Shown: piece by piece, positions 34,063 to 42,126 of the stretch
Position numbering within the stretch: the first letter of the stretch is position 1
Layout of the letters: each line of letters starts with the position of its first letter
Source: Acidobacteriota bacterium
GTDB taxonomy: Bacteria; Acidobacteriota; Blastocatellia; Pyrinomonadales; Pyrinomonadaceae
Length of the DNA stretch: 46,889 nucleotides
Assembly (NCBI GenBank): GCA_031359515.1
Contig: JANMAD010000486.1
Coordinates: 1-46,889 of the forward strand
Direction of reading: 5' to 3'
Made by a program: the position numbers and the translations under genes
The notes under the pieces: model-generated
Seen by the model: only the letters and a program-made list of their open reading frames with translations
Told to the model about the DNA's origin: nothing
Databases searched by the model: none

Positions 34063-35877
34063 TCATTCCTCGTCGCTCAGTGATTCAAGTTGGATACGCA
34101 TGCGGCGCAACACGACGCTGGCGGCGGCACAGTCGCGGCGGATTTCGCGGAGGCGTTCGTCGGTCAGCCGCGTGCTGGAGATGACGACTTCGGCGACGCG
34201 CTGCTCCTTGCAGATGTGTTGCAGCGAACCGTTGCCGCCGAAGACGCGATAGCCATGGATCACTTTGCCCTTCTTCAACGGATCGTCGTCCACGAAGCCG
34301 ACCGGCGTTAGTTGCAACTCGCTGTTGTTGAGCACCTCGCGCAGCAATAGTTCGCCCGCGTCGCCTGCGCCATAGATCAGGACGCGGCGCACGTCTATGC
34401 CGGCCTTCGCCGGGATGATGCGGCGGAACAGACGGAACGCGGCCCGGCTGCCGGCCAGCATCAGGAACATGAACATTGCGTCGAGCACGAAGACGCGGCG
34501 TGATAGGCCATCGAAGCGAAACGCGAAGACGAGCGCGATGATGCTGGCGACCGTGCTGACGACGACCGCGCGCCCATAGACGAGCAGGTTATCAATGCTG
34601 ATGTAACGCCACAGCCCGCGATAGACGCCCGTCGCTAGAAAGACGAACATCTTGACGAAGATGAGCACGGGCACGGTGCGCAAGAACAGTTGCCACTCGT
34701 TAGCGCGCCGCGCCGGCGAGCCTTCCAGCAATATGTAGGCGAAGTAGTACGCGAGCACGACGAGCGCCACGTCGAGCAGCACCTCGAAGATGCGTCGCTT
34801 GTATGAGAGATCGACGAGGAACGAGACGAGCGGCTGGTTGCGCGCCGCCTGCACCTCCGCTTCGTCATACACCTTCACGCCCGCGAGGTATACGCCCACG
34901 AGCGCTAGCACGATGGTGAAGCCTAAGATCGCCGCGAAGCTCAGATCGAGCCGCACCTTGTTGACCACGAGCGCGAGCAAACCTGATAGTCCCGCGAAGC
35001 CGTAGAGCATCCAGACGGCGCGTCGCTCCGAGAGACCGAGCGCGACCAATCGGTGCGACGTGTGATCGCGCCCGCCCTGTGAAGCGGCGCGCCCCGAGAG
35101 CTTGCGCAGGACGGTGACGAACGTCGTATCGAAGATCGGGATGAACAGGATCAGCACCGGCACGGCGACTACGATCAGGTACGAACGCGAGCGCGCCCCC
35201 GACACGCTCAAGAGCGCCATCGCGGCCAGAAAGAAACCGACGAACAGCGAACCGCAGTCGCCCATGAAGATCGACGCCGGGTTCGAGTTATAAACCAGAA
35301 ACCCCATCAACGCGGCCGCGAACACGCCGAGCATCAAGGCTTCGGCCACATGTCCTGTGGCAAGAAAACTGATGGCGAGGAAGGCGGCGGCGATGGCGGC
35401 TATCCCTGTGGCCAGCCCGTCCATGTTGTCGAGCAGATTGAGCGCGTTGGTGATGCCGATGACCCAGATGAAAGTGATCGCGATATTCAGGGCCGGCGTG
35501 TACGTCCACGGTAGGATCAGCCCGTAGTAGATGAGCAGCGACGTGCCCATCACCTGCCCGACCAATTTCTGGTACGGCTTGATGTGCAACAGATCGTCCA
35601 CCAAGCCGACGAGGAACAGAAATGCGCTGGCGATTAACACCACCCAACCATACGGCCGGTGCGGCATCATGGGCAGGAAGATGAGATAGCTGATCCCGAC
35701 CGTCAGAAAGAGCGCGACGCCGCCGAACATCGCGGTCGGCTTGCTATGCCAACGATCCGCTTTGGGTTGCGCGACCAAACCGCGCCGCCGCGCCAGCCAA
35801 CGCACGGCGGGCGTCAGCGCGAGCGCCAGCGCAAACGACACAAAGACGGGTAGCAATTGGAGTACGTCGGGTAACAT
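34063..35877 (-). CDS. WecA/MraY-family polyprenyl-phosphate HexNAc-1-P transferase fused to a WbaP/CapD-type N-terminal membrane plus CoA-binding-like Rossmann module
   Basis: The Glycos_transf_4 motifs are DDLLHIKPYQKL, ITNALNLLDNMDGLATG and NPASIFMGDCGSLFVGF. Four further helices follow (YKRRIFEVLLDVALVVLAYYFAY ... GLWRYISIDNL). The protein then ends with RRVLIYGAGDAGELLLREVLNNSELQLTPVGFVDDDPLKKG. The longest ORF starts at a TTG (35940). The ATG at 35877 gives MLPDVLQLLPVFV. Confidence 0.7.
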   Translation of the reverse strand: MLPDVLQLLPVFVSFALALALTPAVRWLARRRGLVAQPKADRWHSKPTAMFGGVALFLTVGISYLIFLPMMPHRPYGWVVLIASAFLFLVGLVDDLLHIKPYQKLVGQVMGTSLLIYYGLILPWTYTPALNIAITFIWVIGITNALNLLDNMDGLATGIAAIAAAFLAISFLATGHVAEALMLGVFAAALMGFLVYNSNPASIFMGDCGSLFVGFFLAAMALLSVSGARSRSYLIVVAVPVLILFIPIFDTTFVTVLRKLSGRAASQGGRDHTSHRLVALGLSERRAVWMLYGFAGLSGLLALVVNKVRLDLSFAAILGFTIVLALVGVYLAGVKVYDEAEVQAARNQPLVSFLVDLSYKRRIFEVLLDVALVVLAYYFAYILLEGSPARRANEWQLFLRTVPVLIFVKMFVFLATGVYRGLWRYISIDNLLVYGRAVVVSTVASIIALVFAFRFDGLSRRVFVLDAMFMFLMLAGSRAAFRLFRRIIPAKAGIDVRRVLIYGAGDAGELLLREVLNNSELQLTPVGFVDDDPLKKGKVIHGYRVFGGNGSLQHICKEQRVAEVVISSTRLTDERLREIRRDCAAASVVLRRMRIQLESLSDEE

Positions 35878-35960
35878 AACAACTGATCTTGTGAGTCGGC
35901 AATCGCGGGGAAAACTATGCCATACGCCGCGAGAAATCAAGCGCCGAAGCGCCGCGCCGG

Positions 35961-36926
35961 TTAGTTCTGACCGCTATAGTGCGCGATCACTTTTTGCAGA
36001 ATGCCGTCGAGTTTGATCTCCGGTTTGAAGCCGACGAGCGCGTTGACCTTCGTGGTGTCGGGCACGCGGCGCGGCATGTCCTCGAAGCCTTCTTCGTAAG
36101 CCTCGCCGTAAGGCACGAACACGATCTCGGAGTCCGATTTGGTCAACTCCTTTACGCGCCCGGCGACTTCGAGGATCGACACCTCTTCGCTTGAGCCAAT
36201 GTTAAAGACCTGCCCGACCGCCGCATCATTGTCCATCAACTTCATCAACGCGCCGACGACATCGCCGACATAACCGAAGCAGCGCGTCTGCTTGCCGTCG
36301 CCATAGACGGTCAGAGGGCGACCGGCGAGCGCTTGCTTAACGAACGTCGGGATGACCATGCCGTACTGCCCCGTCTGGCGCGGCCCGACCGTGTTGAAGA
36401 GGCGCACGACCACCGTCGGCAATTTCTTCTCGCGCCAGTAGGCGAGCGCGAGAAATTCGTCAATCGCTTTCGAGCAGGCATAAGACCAACGCCCCTTTGT
36501 CGTCGCGCCCATCACGAGATTGCCGTCCTCGCGAAACGGCACGTCGCTCGACAGGCCATAGACTTCGGAGGTCGAAGCGATCAGCACCTTCTTCTTTTTC
36601 TTGTTGGCGAGCGCGAGGATCACTTCCGTGCAATGCACGTTCGTCTCAATCGTGCGCACGGGGCTTTCGACGATCAGTTTGACGCCGACGGCCGCTGCCA
36701 GATGAAAGATCACGTCGCAGCGATCCACCAGTTCAGCCGTGACCTGCTGATTCTGCACGGTGTCAATCGTGTAATGAAAGCGCGGATGCTCTTTCAAGTG
36801 CGCGATGTTCTCAATGCTGCCGGTCGAGAGATCATCAATCACATAAACTTCGTCGCCGCGTTCCAGATACGCATCCGATAGATGCGAGCCGATAAAGCCC
36901 GCTCCGCCTGTAATCAAAACCTTCAT
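35961..36926 (-). CDS. NAD-dependent nucleotide-sugar epimerase/dehydratase (extended SDR)
   Basis: 321 aa. MKVLITGGAGFIGSHL and catalytic YACSK (YxxxK). Confidence 0.8.
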   Translation of the reverse strand: MKVLITGGAGFIGSHLSDAYLERGDEVYVIDDLSTGSIENIAHLKEHPRFHYTIDTVQNQQVTAELVDRCDVIFHLAAAVGVKLIVESPVRTIETNVHCTEVILALANKKKKKVLIASTSEVYGLSSDVPFREDGNLVMGATTKGRWSYACSKAIDEFLALAYWREKKLPTVVVRLFNTVGPRQTGQYGMVIPTFVKQALAGRPLTVYGDGKQTRCFGYVGDVVGALMKLMDNDAAVGQVFNIGSSEEVSILEVAGRVKELTKSDSEIVFVPYGEAYEEGFEDMPRRVPDTTKVNALVGFKPEIKLDGILQKVIAHYSGQN

Positions 36927-36950
36927 AAAGTGAATTTCTCTGCTCCGCTG

Positions 36951-38210
36951 TTAATTAGAAATCTTGTCCGTCAACGCGGGCGCAGTTCGCGTTGCCGCGT
37001 GCGCGTGTTGCCGGTCGAAGCGCGCCAACCGCTCCGGGTAACGCGCGAGGAGCATCGCATAGACCTCCGCGATCTGCCGCACCATCGTCTCGGCGCGAAA
37101 CGCCGGGTCAACGTGTCGCCGCCCCGCCGCGCCCATCTGCGCACGCAACTGCGGATCGTCCAACAGCCGCGCAATACAATCGGCCAGCCCCACCGAATCG
37201 TTCGGCTTGACCAGATAACCCGTCTGATCAGGGATGACAACTTCGGGCGCGCCGTCGATGTCGAACGACACGCACGGCTTGCCCATCGCCAACGCCTGCG
37301 GCAACACGCGCGCCAACCCTTCGCGCAGAGACGTATGCACCACCACGTCCATCGCCGCGAGCATTTCCGGGATGCGCTCGCGATCAATCAAACCGGCGAA
37401 CACGAAGTTATCCAGAATCCCTGCTGCCCGTGCGCGCTCGCGCAGATGCTCTTGCAAGATGCCGTCGCCGATCAGAAAGAAGCGCACGTTTGGATGGCGG
37501 CGCACGATCTCCGGCGCAGCGTCCATCAACTGATCGTGCCCCTTGAGCGGAAACAACCGCGCGATTTTGCCGACGACGGGCGCGTCCGCGGGGATGCCAA
37601 ACTCGCGCCGGATCGCTTGCGCATCAACCTCCGCCTTGAGAAACCAGTCAAGCTCCATCCCGCTATAGATCGTGCAAAACTTCTCCGGCCGAGCAATCCG
37701 CGCCGCGATGGCCTTGTCGCTGATGATGCTCGACACACTGATAAAGTGATCTGTCAGCGGCGCGCAAAGCTTCTTAATAACGCGCCACGTCCGGTTCACC
37801 AACCACGGTTGATATTCGTGAAAGACGAGGCTGTGCAGCGTGTGCACGATGAACGGCGTGCCCGCGAGTTTGGCGGCGAGCCGCCCCAACACGCCTGCCT
37901 TCGACGAGTGCGTATGCACGATGTGATAACGCCCCTGTTTGATCAGGCGATACAGTTTCCAGAACGCCGTCACGTCCGCCCACGGATTGATGTTGCGCCC
38001 CAACTCCGGCACGACCACGAGCCGCGTCGTCTCACGTGCGCGCGTCAACAACTCGCCTTCGGGGCCATTGTCCACGCCGCTCGCCAGCGTCACCTCGTAC
38101 TCCGGCAACTGATCGAGTCCCTCGACCGACAGCAGCGTATTCTCCTGCGCGCCGCCCACGATCATGCGCGTGATGATGTGCAGCACGCGGATTGGTTTAG
38201 TGTCTGACAT
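36951..38210 (-). CDS. GT4-family glycosyltransferase
   Basis: 419 aa. IRVLHIITRMIVGGAQENTL at the N-terminus; HTSLREGLARVLPQALAMGKPCVSFDIDGAPEVVIPDQTGYLV. Confidence 0.8.
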   Translation of the reverse strand: MSDTKPIRVLHIITRMIVGGAQENTLLSVEGLDQLPEYEVTLASGVDNGPEGELLTRARETTRLVVVPELGRNINPWADVTAFWKLYRLIKQGRYHIVHTHSSKAGVLGRLAAKLAGTPFIVHTLHSLVFHEYQPWLVNRTWRVIKKLCAPLTDHFISVSSIISDKAIAARIARPEKFCTIYSGMELDWFLKAEVDAQAIRREFGIPADAPVVGKIARLFPLKGHDQLMDAAPEIVRRHPNVRFFLIGDGILQEHLRERARAAGILDNFVFAGLIDRERIPEMLAAMDVVVHTSLREGLARVLPQALAMGKPCVSFDIDGAPEVVIPDQTGYLVKPNDSVGLADCIARLLDDPQLRAQMGAAGRRHVDPAFRAETMVRQIAEVYAMLLARYPERLARFDRQHAHAATRTAPALTDKISN

Positions 38211-38218
38211 AACGAATG

Positions 38219-38286
38219 AGCTGTTAGCTGTTAGCTGTTAGCTGTTAGCTAAAAACAAAAGGCTGAGAGCTAACAGCTAATAGCTA
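38219..38286. repeat. Heptamer-tandem inverted repeat hairpin (AGCTGTT x4.6 opposed to AGCTAAC AGCTAAT AGCTA)
   Basis: The left arm is (AGCTGTT)x4 plus AGCT (38219-38250), followed by a 17-nt loop. The right arm is 38268-38286. The last 19 nt of the left arm pair with the right arm with one mismatch. The right arm includes the TAG stop of the 38284-38937 gene. The left arm ends 8 nt before the ATG at 38210. Confidence 0.8.
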
Positions 38287-38937
38287 TACCTGCGCCACGA
38301 TCAGATAATCGCGATCCAGATTGATCCATTCATACTGCTGCACGCCCGCGTCGGCCAGAATTTGTTTGACCTGCTGTTCGCGATAGAGAAAGAGCGGCGT
38401 GCCTTTGAGCATGAAGCGCACGCGCCGGACAGGCACGCGCCATTCGATTGCTTTCGGGAAACTCATAATCATCGTGCCGCGCGTCATCTCGCGCATGCGG
38501 GCGATGATCGGCACAGGATGTTCGATGTAGTCGAAGAAGCCGTTGGCGGTGCTGGCGTCGAACGGGCCCGCGTTGGCGACCGCATCGGGGAACGCGCCCG
38601 CGATGAACTCGCAGCGATCCGCGACCCCGGCCGTGCGCGCGATGTCGTTGGCAATGTCAATCATCGCAACGGCGAAGTCCACGCCGACGACGTGCGCCGC
38701 GCCGCGCTCGGCATACGCGATGCAAAAGCGCCCTGAGCCGCAGCCGACATCAAGGATCGTCTTGCCCTTGATCGGTTCTAATTTCTCCAAATTCAATTCC
38801 AACCGTTTGCGCACGACGCCGCGCCACCAGTTATCAATAAAGCGTGTGACCAAGCCTTTGCGCTCGTCGTAGATCGCGTCGAAGCGTTGCGCATCGGCGT
38901 GAAAATGTTCGCGCACCTTCTGTTCAACTTGCGACAT
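38284..38937 (-). CDS. Class I SAM-dependent methyltransferase (4 of 5)
   Basis: 217 aa. Motif I ILDVGCGSGRFCIAYAERGAAHVVGVDFA. 14-nt overlap with the upstream deacetylase gene. Confidence 0.75.
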   Translation of the reverse strand: MSQVEQKVREHFHADAQRFDAIYDERKGLVTRFIDNWWRGVVRKRLELNLEKLEPIKGKTILDVGCGSGRFCIAYAERGAAHVVGVDFAVAMIDIANDIARTAGVADRCEFIAGAFPDAVANAGPFDASTANGFFDYIEHPVPIIARMREMTRGTMIMSFPKAIEWRVPVRRVRFMLKGTPLFLYREQQVKQILADAGVQQYEWINLDRDYLIVAQV

Positions 38938-39760
38938 TGAGCACCTCTTTCATCGGAGCAAATTTGAAATCGCGCAACAGCCGCCGCAAACGACGCTCGG
39001 TCGCGCGCAGATTAAAGTAGTGGGTCAAGCCGGCGACGCGGCGGGGCAACTTGATGCGCGGGTGATCCGGATCAAGTTCCCACGGATGCAGGTAGAAGAC
39101 GAACGGGCGGTGCGCTCGATTGACCGCGCGCAAACCCTGCTTCGTGAACGCATACGGATAGATGCGGAAGTACGCGCCGCCCGCGATAGGCACGTTCTTA
39201 CCCAAGACCTGCCACGTCGAGATCGGGAATTCGGTGAGCGTGTGCCGCTCGGATTTAATCTCATAAGGCCAACGCGGCGCGTCGGCGATGCCATAGCGAT
39301 AGTTGACCACGGGGAAGATGCTCGAATCGTAGCGGATGCCTAGCTCGGCGAGGATGTCGAGCGCCCACAGCGAGTCTTTCGTGATCGAAAAGAACGGCGC
39401 GCGATGGCCTAGCACACGTGCGCCCGTCAGGTCTTCGAGCGTGCCGATGGCGCGCGTCAACTCCGTGCGAAACAGTTCCGGCGTCTGCTCGTAGATGAGC
39501 GCGTGCGAGTAGCCGTGCGTGCCGATCTCGTGCCCGGCCGCCGCGATCTCGCGGATCATCTCTGGATGCTGCTCGGCGATGTAGCCAAGCACGAAGAAAG
39601 TTGCGCGCACGCCTGCATCAGCCAGCAACTGCAACAAGCGACGGCCCACCGGCACGATGCGATCTTCAAAGCCGGCCCAATCCTTATAAGGAATCTCCAA
39701 GCCTTGATACCAATCCTCGAAATCAATCGTCAGCGCGTTAGTAACTTGTGTGTTATTCAT
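38924..39760 (-). CDS. Polysaccharide deacetylase (CE4/NodB fold), PEP-CTERM-locus-like subfamily
   Basis: 278 aa. ALTIDFEDWYQG near the N-terminus, FFVLGYIAEQHPEMIREIAAAGHEIGTHGYSH, and FVFYLHPWELDPDHP. Confidence 0.8.
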   Translation of the reverse strand: MNNTQVTNALTIDFEDWYQGLEIPYKDWAGFEDRIVPVGRRLLQLLADAGVRATFFVLGYIAEQHPEMIREIAAAGHEIGTHGYSHALIYEQTPELFRTELTRAIGTLEDLTGARVLGHRAPFFSITKDSLWALDILAELGIRYDSSIFPVVNYRYGIADAPRWPYEIKSERHTLTEFPISTWQVLGKNVPIAGGAYFRIYPYAFTKQGLRAVNRAHRPFVFYLHPWELDPDHPRIKLPRRVAGLTHYFNLRATERRLRRLLRDFKFAPMKEVLNVAS

Positions 39761-39800
39761 CCTAAATTGGGTGTGGCGCGGTTATGATCACGGAAGCAAC

Positions 39801-40148
39801 TTACGCCTGCCGGCCTTCAAGCGCTTCAATGCGGTCAACTACTTCCTCATGCTCGCGCCGAATGTGATGCAAGTCCTGCCGGAACATACGCATCTCATAC
39901 TTCGTGTCTCTGAAATCTTCCTGCAACCGCGCCAACTTCGCTTCCATTCGCGCGCTACGCTCATCTAAACGAGTAACGCGCTCATCCAAGCGCATTACGA
40001 TCTCGTTTAAGTTTGTGACGGCCTCGCTCAAGCGTGCGACCACGGCAGGCAAGTCTTCCAGTTCCTTGACGCTCTCGCGCAATGCGCCGACATCGCGACT
40101 GATGGCGCTGACGTAGTTGAGGATTTCGGCGGTGCGATCTGTGCTCAT
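39801..40148 (-). CDS. Small coiled-coil protein of unknown function
   Basis: The ATG at 40148 is preceded by AAGGAG with 7-nt spacing, the strongest SD I saw in the window. 115 aa. Heptad-like RLDERVTRLDERSARMEAKLARLQEDF. No hydrophobic segment. Confidence 0.55.
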   Translation of the reverse strand: MSTDRTAEILNYVSAISRDVGALRESVKELEDLPAVVARLSEAVTNLNEIVMRLDERVTRLDERSARMEAKLARLQEDFRDTKYEMRMFRQDLHHIRREHEEVVDRIEALEGRQA

Positions 40149-40181
40149 GGTTTTTCTCCTTAGGTGAGATAAAGACAAAGC

Positions 40182-40946
40182 TTAGCGACTATGACTCGCT
40201 TGCGTGGCGTCTTGCGCGTCGAGTTTGTTCGCGCCGGTCTCGGCCACGAGATTGGAGGCGCGCAGCAGCGACTCGAACGTGCCCGCGTCCGTCCACCAAC
40301 CGTCAAGCTCGTCCCACGTCATCGTGCCGCGCGCGATGTAAGCGTTATTCACATCCGTGATCTCCAACTCGCCGCGCCCCGACGGTTTGAGCGTCTTGAT
40401 GATCTGGAAGACTTCCGCGTCGTACATGTAGATGCCGATGACGGCGTAGTCCGACTTCGGCTCCTGCGGCTTCTCCTCGATACGCACGACACGCTGCCCA
40501 TCCAACTCCGGCACGCCGAAGCGTTGCGGGTCATGGACCTTCTGCAACATGATCTTCGCGCCGTCGCCCTGCTGCCGGTAGGCGCGCACGGCTTGGCAGA
40601 TATTCTTCTCGATGATGTTGTCGCCGAGGACGACGCAGATCGACTCGCCGTCGGCGAAGTCTTCGACGAGCGCAAGCGCCGCCGCGATGCCGCCCTCGCC
40701 TTCCTGATAGGTATAGTTGATGTGTTTCAACCCGAACGCCCGGCCATTCTTCAAGAGGCGGAGAAAATCGCCGGCCGAATTGCCGCCCGTCACGATCATG
40801 ATATCCGTGATGCCCGCGTTGACCAGCGTCTCAATCGGGTAATAGACCATCGGCTTGTTATAGACCGGCAGCAGATGCTTATTCGTCACCTCCGTCAGCG
40901 GCCTCAGCCGCGTCGCCAAGCCCCCGGCCAATACGACACCTTTCAC
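40182..40946 (-). CDS. Sugar-1-phosphate nucleotidyltransferase (short RmlA-like, glucose-1-phosphate thymidylyl/uridylyltransferase family)
   Basis: 254 aa. GTG start preceded by GAGGAGG. MKGVVLAGGLATRLRPLTEVTNKHLLPVYNKPMVYYPIETLVNAGITDIMIVTG. Confidence 0.8.
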   Translation of the reverse strand: MKGVVLAGGLATRLRPLTEVTNKHLLPVYNKPMVYYPIETLVNAGITDIMIVTGGNSAGDFLRLLKNGRAFGLKHINYTYQEGEGGIAAALALVEDFADGESICVVLGDNIIEKNICQAVRAYRQQGDGAKIMLQKVHDPQRFGVPELDGQRVVRIEEKPQEPKSDYAVIGIYMYDAEVFQIIKTLKPSGRGELEITDVNNAYIARGTMTWDELDGWWTDAGTFESLLRASNLVAETGANKLDAQDATQASHSR

Positions 40947-41051
40947 GCTACTCGCCTCCTCGTCAAAGAATCAGTCGGCCGCACCCGCGCACCGCCTCTT
41001 AGAGCGCCAGTCGCCACAGCGCAAAAGTTCCTGTCGCGCCTAACTAACTTG

Positions 41052-42026
41052 CTAACCTTTTGGGACTAACTGCCGCTGCGCACCCTTATAATAAGCGACC
41101 ATGTCTTTAGGTGCGATCTCGTGCTCGGCACGCCGCCCGAGAAAGAAAACGCCTGAAGCGTTGTCCACTTGAAAGCCGATGGGGGCGAACCGGTCGAGAT
41201 AGCTCAACCAGAACATTGACGCCTTCAACAATGTGCCCATCCGTGGCGAGCGGAACAGGCTGCGGCCGACGTAATCTATCGTCCACAACAATTGTGTGCC
41301 GGAACCGCCGGAGATGCCGGAATCGATCAACCCGAACCGCTTGAACAGGTAGCGGTGGCCGCTCTCGGTGAAGCGAGTTAAGTCATACGGCCCCAAATGC
41401 ACCTGTTGCATGAATGGCGTATCAGCATAGACGAGGCCATCTTTTTTGAGCACGCGGTGAATCTCCGTCACCACCTGCCACGGGTCGAGCACGTGCTCCA
41501 GCACCGCTTGAACCACCACGGCATCAACACTCGCATCGCGCAACGGAATCTGATGCCCATCGGCGATGAACTGCGTCACTGGCGTGCCATAAACGTCGAA
41601 GCCAATGACCCTGACTGCCGGATCGTCGTACAAGGCATCAATGCCGCTGCCGACCGTGCCGCCACCCACAACCAGCACAGTCGGGTTGCCGGCAGTCTCT
41701 TTTAAGTTGCCTAACAGCCGGGCAATGTTCTTCGCCGCGACGGCATTGGGCGGGAACATTACACTGAGGAGCTTTTGCTTTAACCCGCGCTTCCCCCCGG
41801 TGGCATTTTCGGCCACACAGCTATTTGCAACTTCGGTCTCGGCTAGGATACTCCGGCTGAAATCAACCAGCACCGGCCATTGCCGCACAATCCGGAAGCT
41901 CGCATGGCCGGCGTAAGTGCAGGCTGAGTCCGTACAGTTATACCCCTGTGGGGTGCGGACTAAAGCGGCGCGGCAACGCGGGCAACACAACAACGGCTCA
42001 ACTTCCGCCAAGCTTAACAGACCCAT
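41052..42026 (-). CDS. Class I SAM-dependent methyltransferase with N-terminal zinc-ribbon-like CxxC...C module (5 of 5)
   Basis: 324 aa. LLCCPRCRAALVRTPQGYNCTDSAC, then VLVVGGGTVGSG motif I and VDAVVVQAVLEHV. Confidence 0.7.
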   Translation of the reverse strand: MGLLSLAEVEPLLCCPRCRAALVRTPQGYNCTDSACTYAGHASFRIVRQWPVLVDFSRSILAETEVANSCVAENATGGKRGLKQKLLSVMFPPNAVAAKNIARLLGNLKETAGNPTVLVVGGGTVGSGIDALYDDPAVRVIGFDVYGTPVTQFIADGHQIPLRDASVDAVVVQAVLEHVLDPWQVVTEIHRVLKKDGLVYADTPFMQQVHLGPYDLTRFTESGHRYLFKRFGLIDSGISGGSGTQLLWTIDYVGRSLFRSPRMGTLLKASMFWLSYLDRFAPIGFQVDNASGVFFLGRRAEHEIAPKDMVAYYKGAQRQLVPKG

Positions 42027-42088
42027 ATCGCATCTTCCACGCCAAGATTTCAGGAGCGAGCAATAATCTCATTCTTAGCGCACGCTGA

Positions 42089-42110
42089 CAAAGGCCGGAG
42101 CACGCCTTTG
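42089..42110 (-). terminator. Short hairpin just downstream of the beta-helix gene stop (weak terminator/attenuator candidate)
   Basis: CAAAGGC (42089-42095) pairs with GCCTTTG (42104-42110) over an 8-nt loop. No U-tract follows on the transcribed strand. Confidence 0.2.
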
Positions 42111-42126
42111 CCCAATGAAGGGCAAT

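Noticed and set aside
38219-38286. Short tandem repeats as a possible CRISPR array, or the inverted repeats as MITEs or IS ends.
   Set aside because: The repeat units are 7 nt with no spacers, so this is not CRISPR. No transposase or integrase lies in the window, and no target-site duplications are evident. They are classed as hairpin-forming junction elements or a possible REP-like family.
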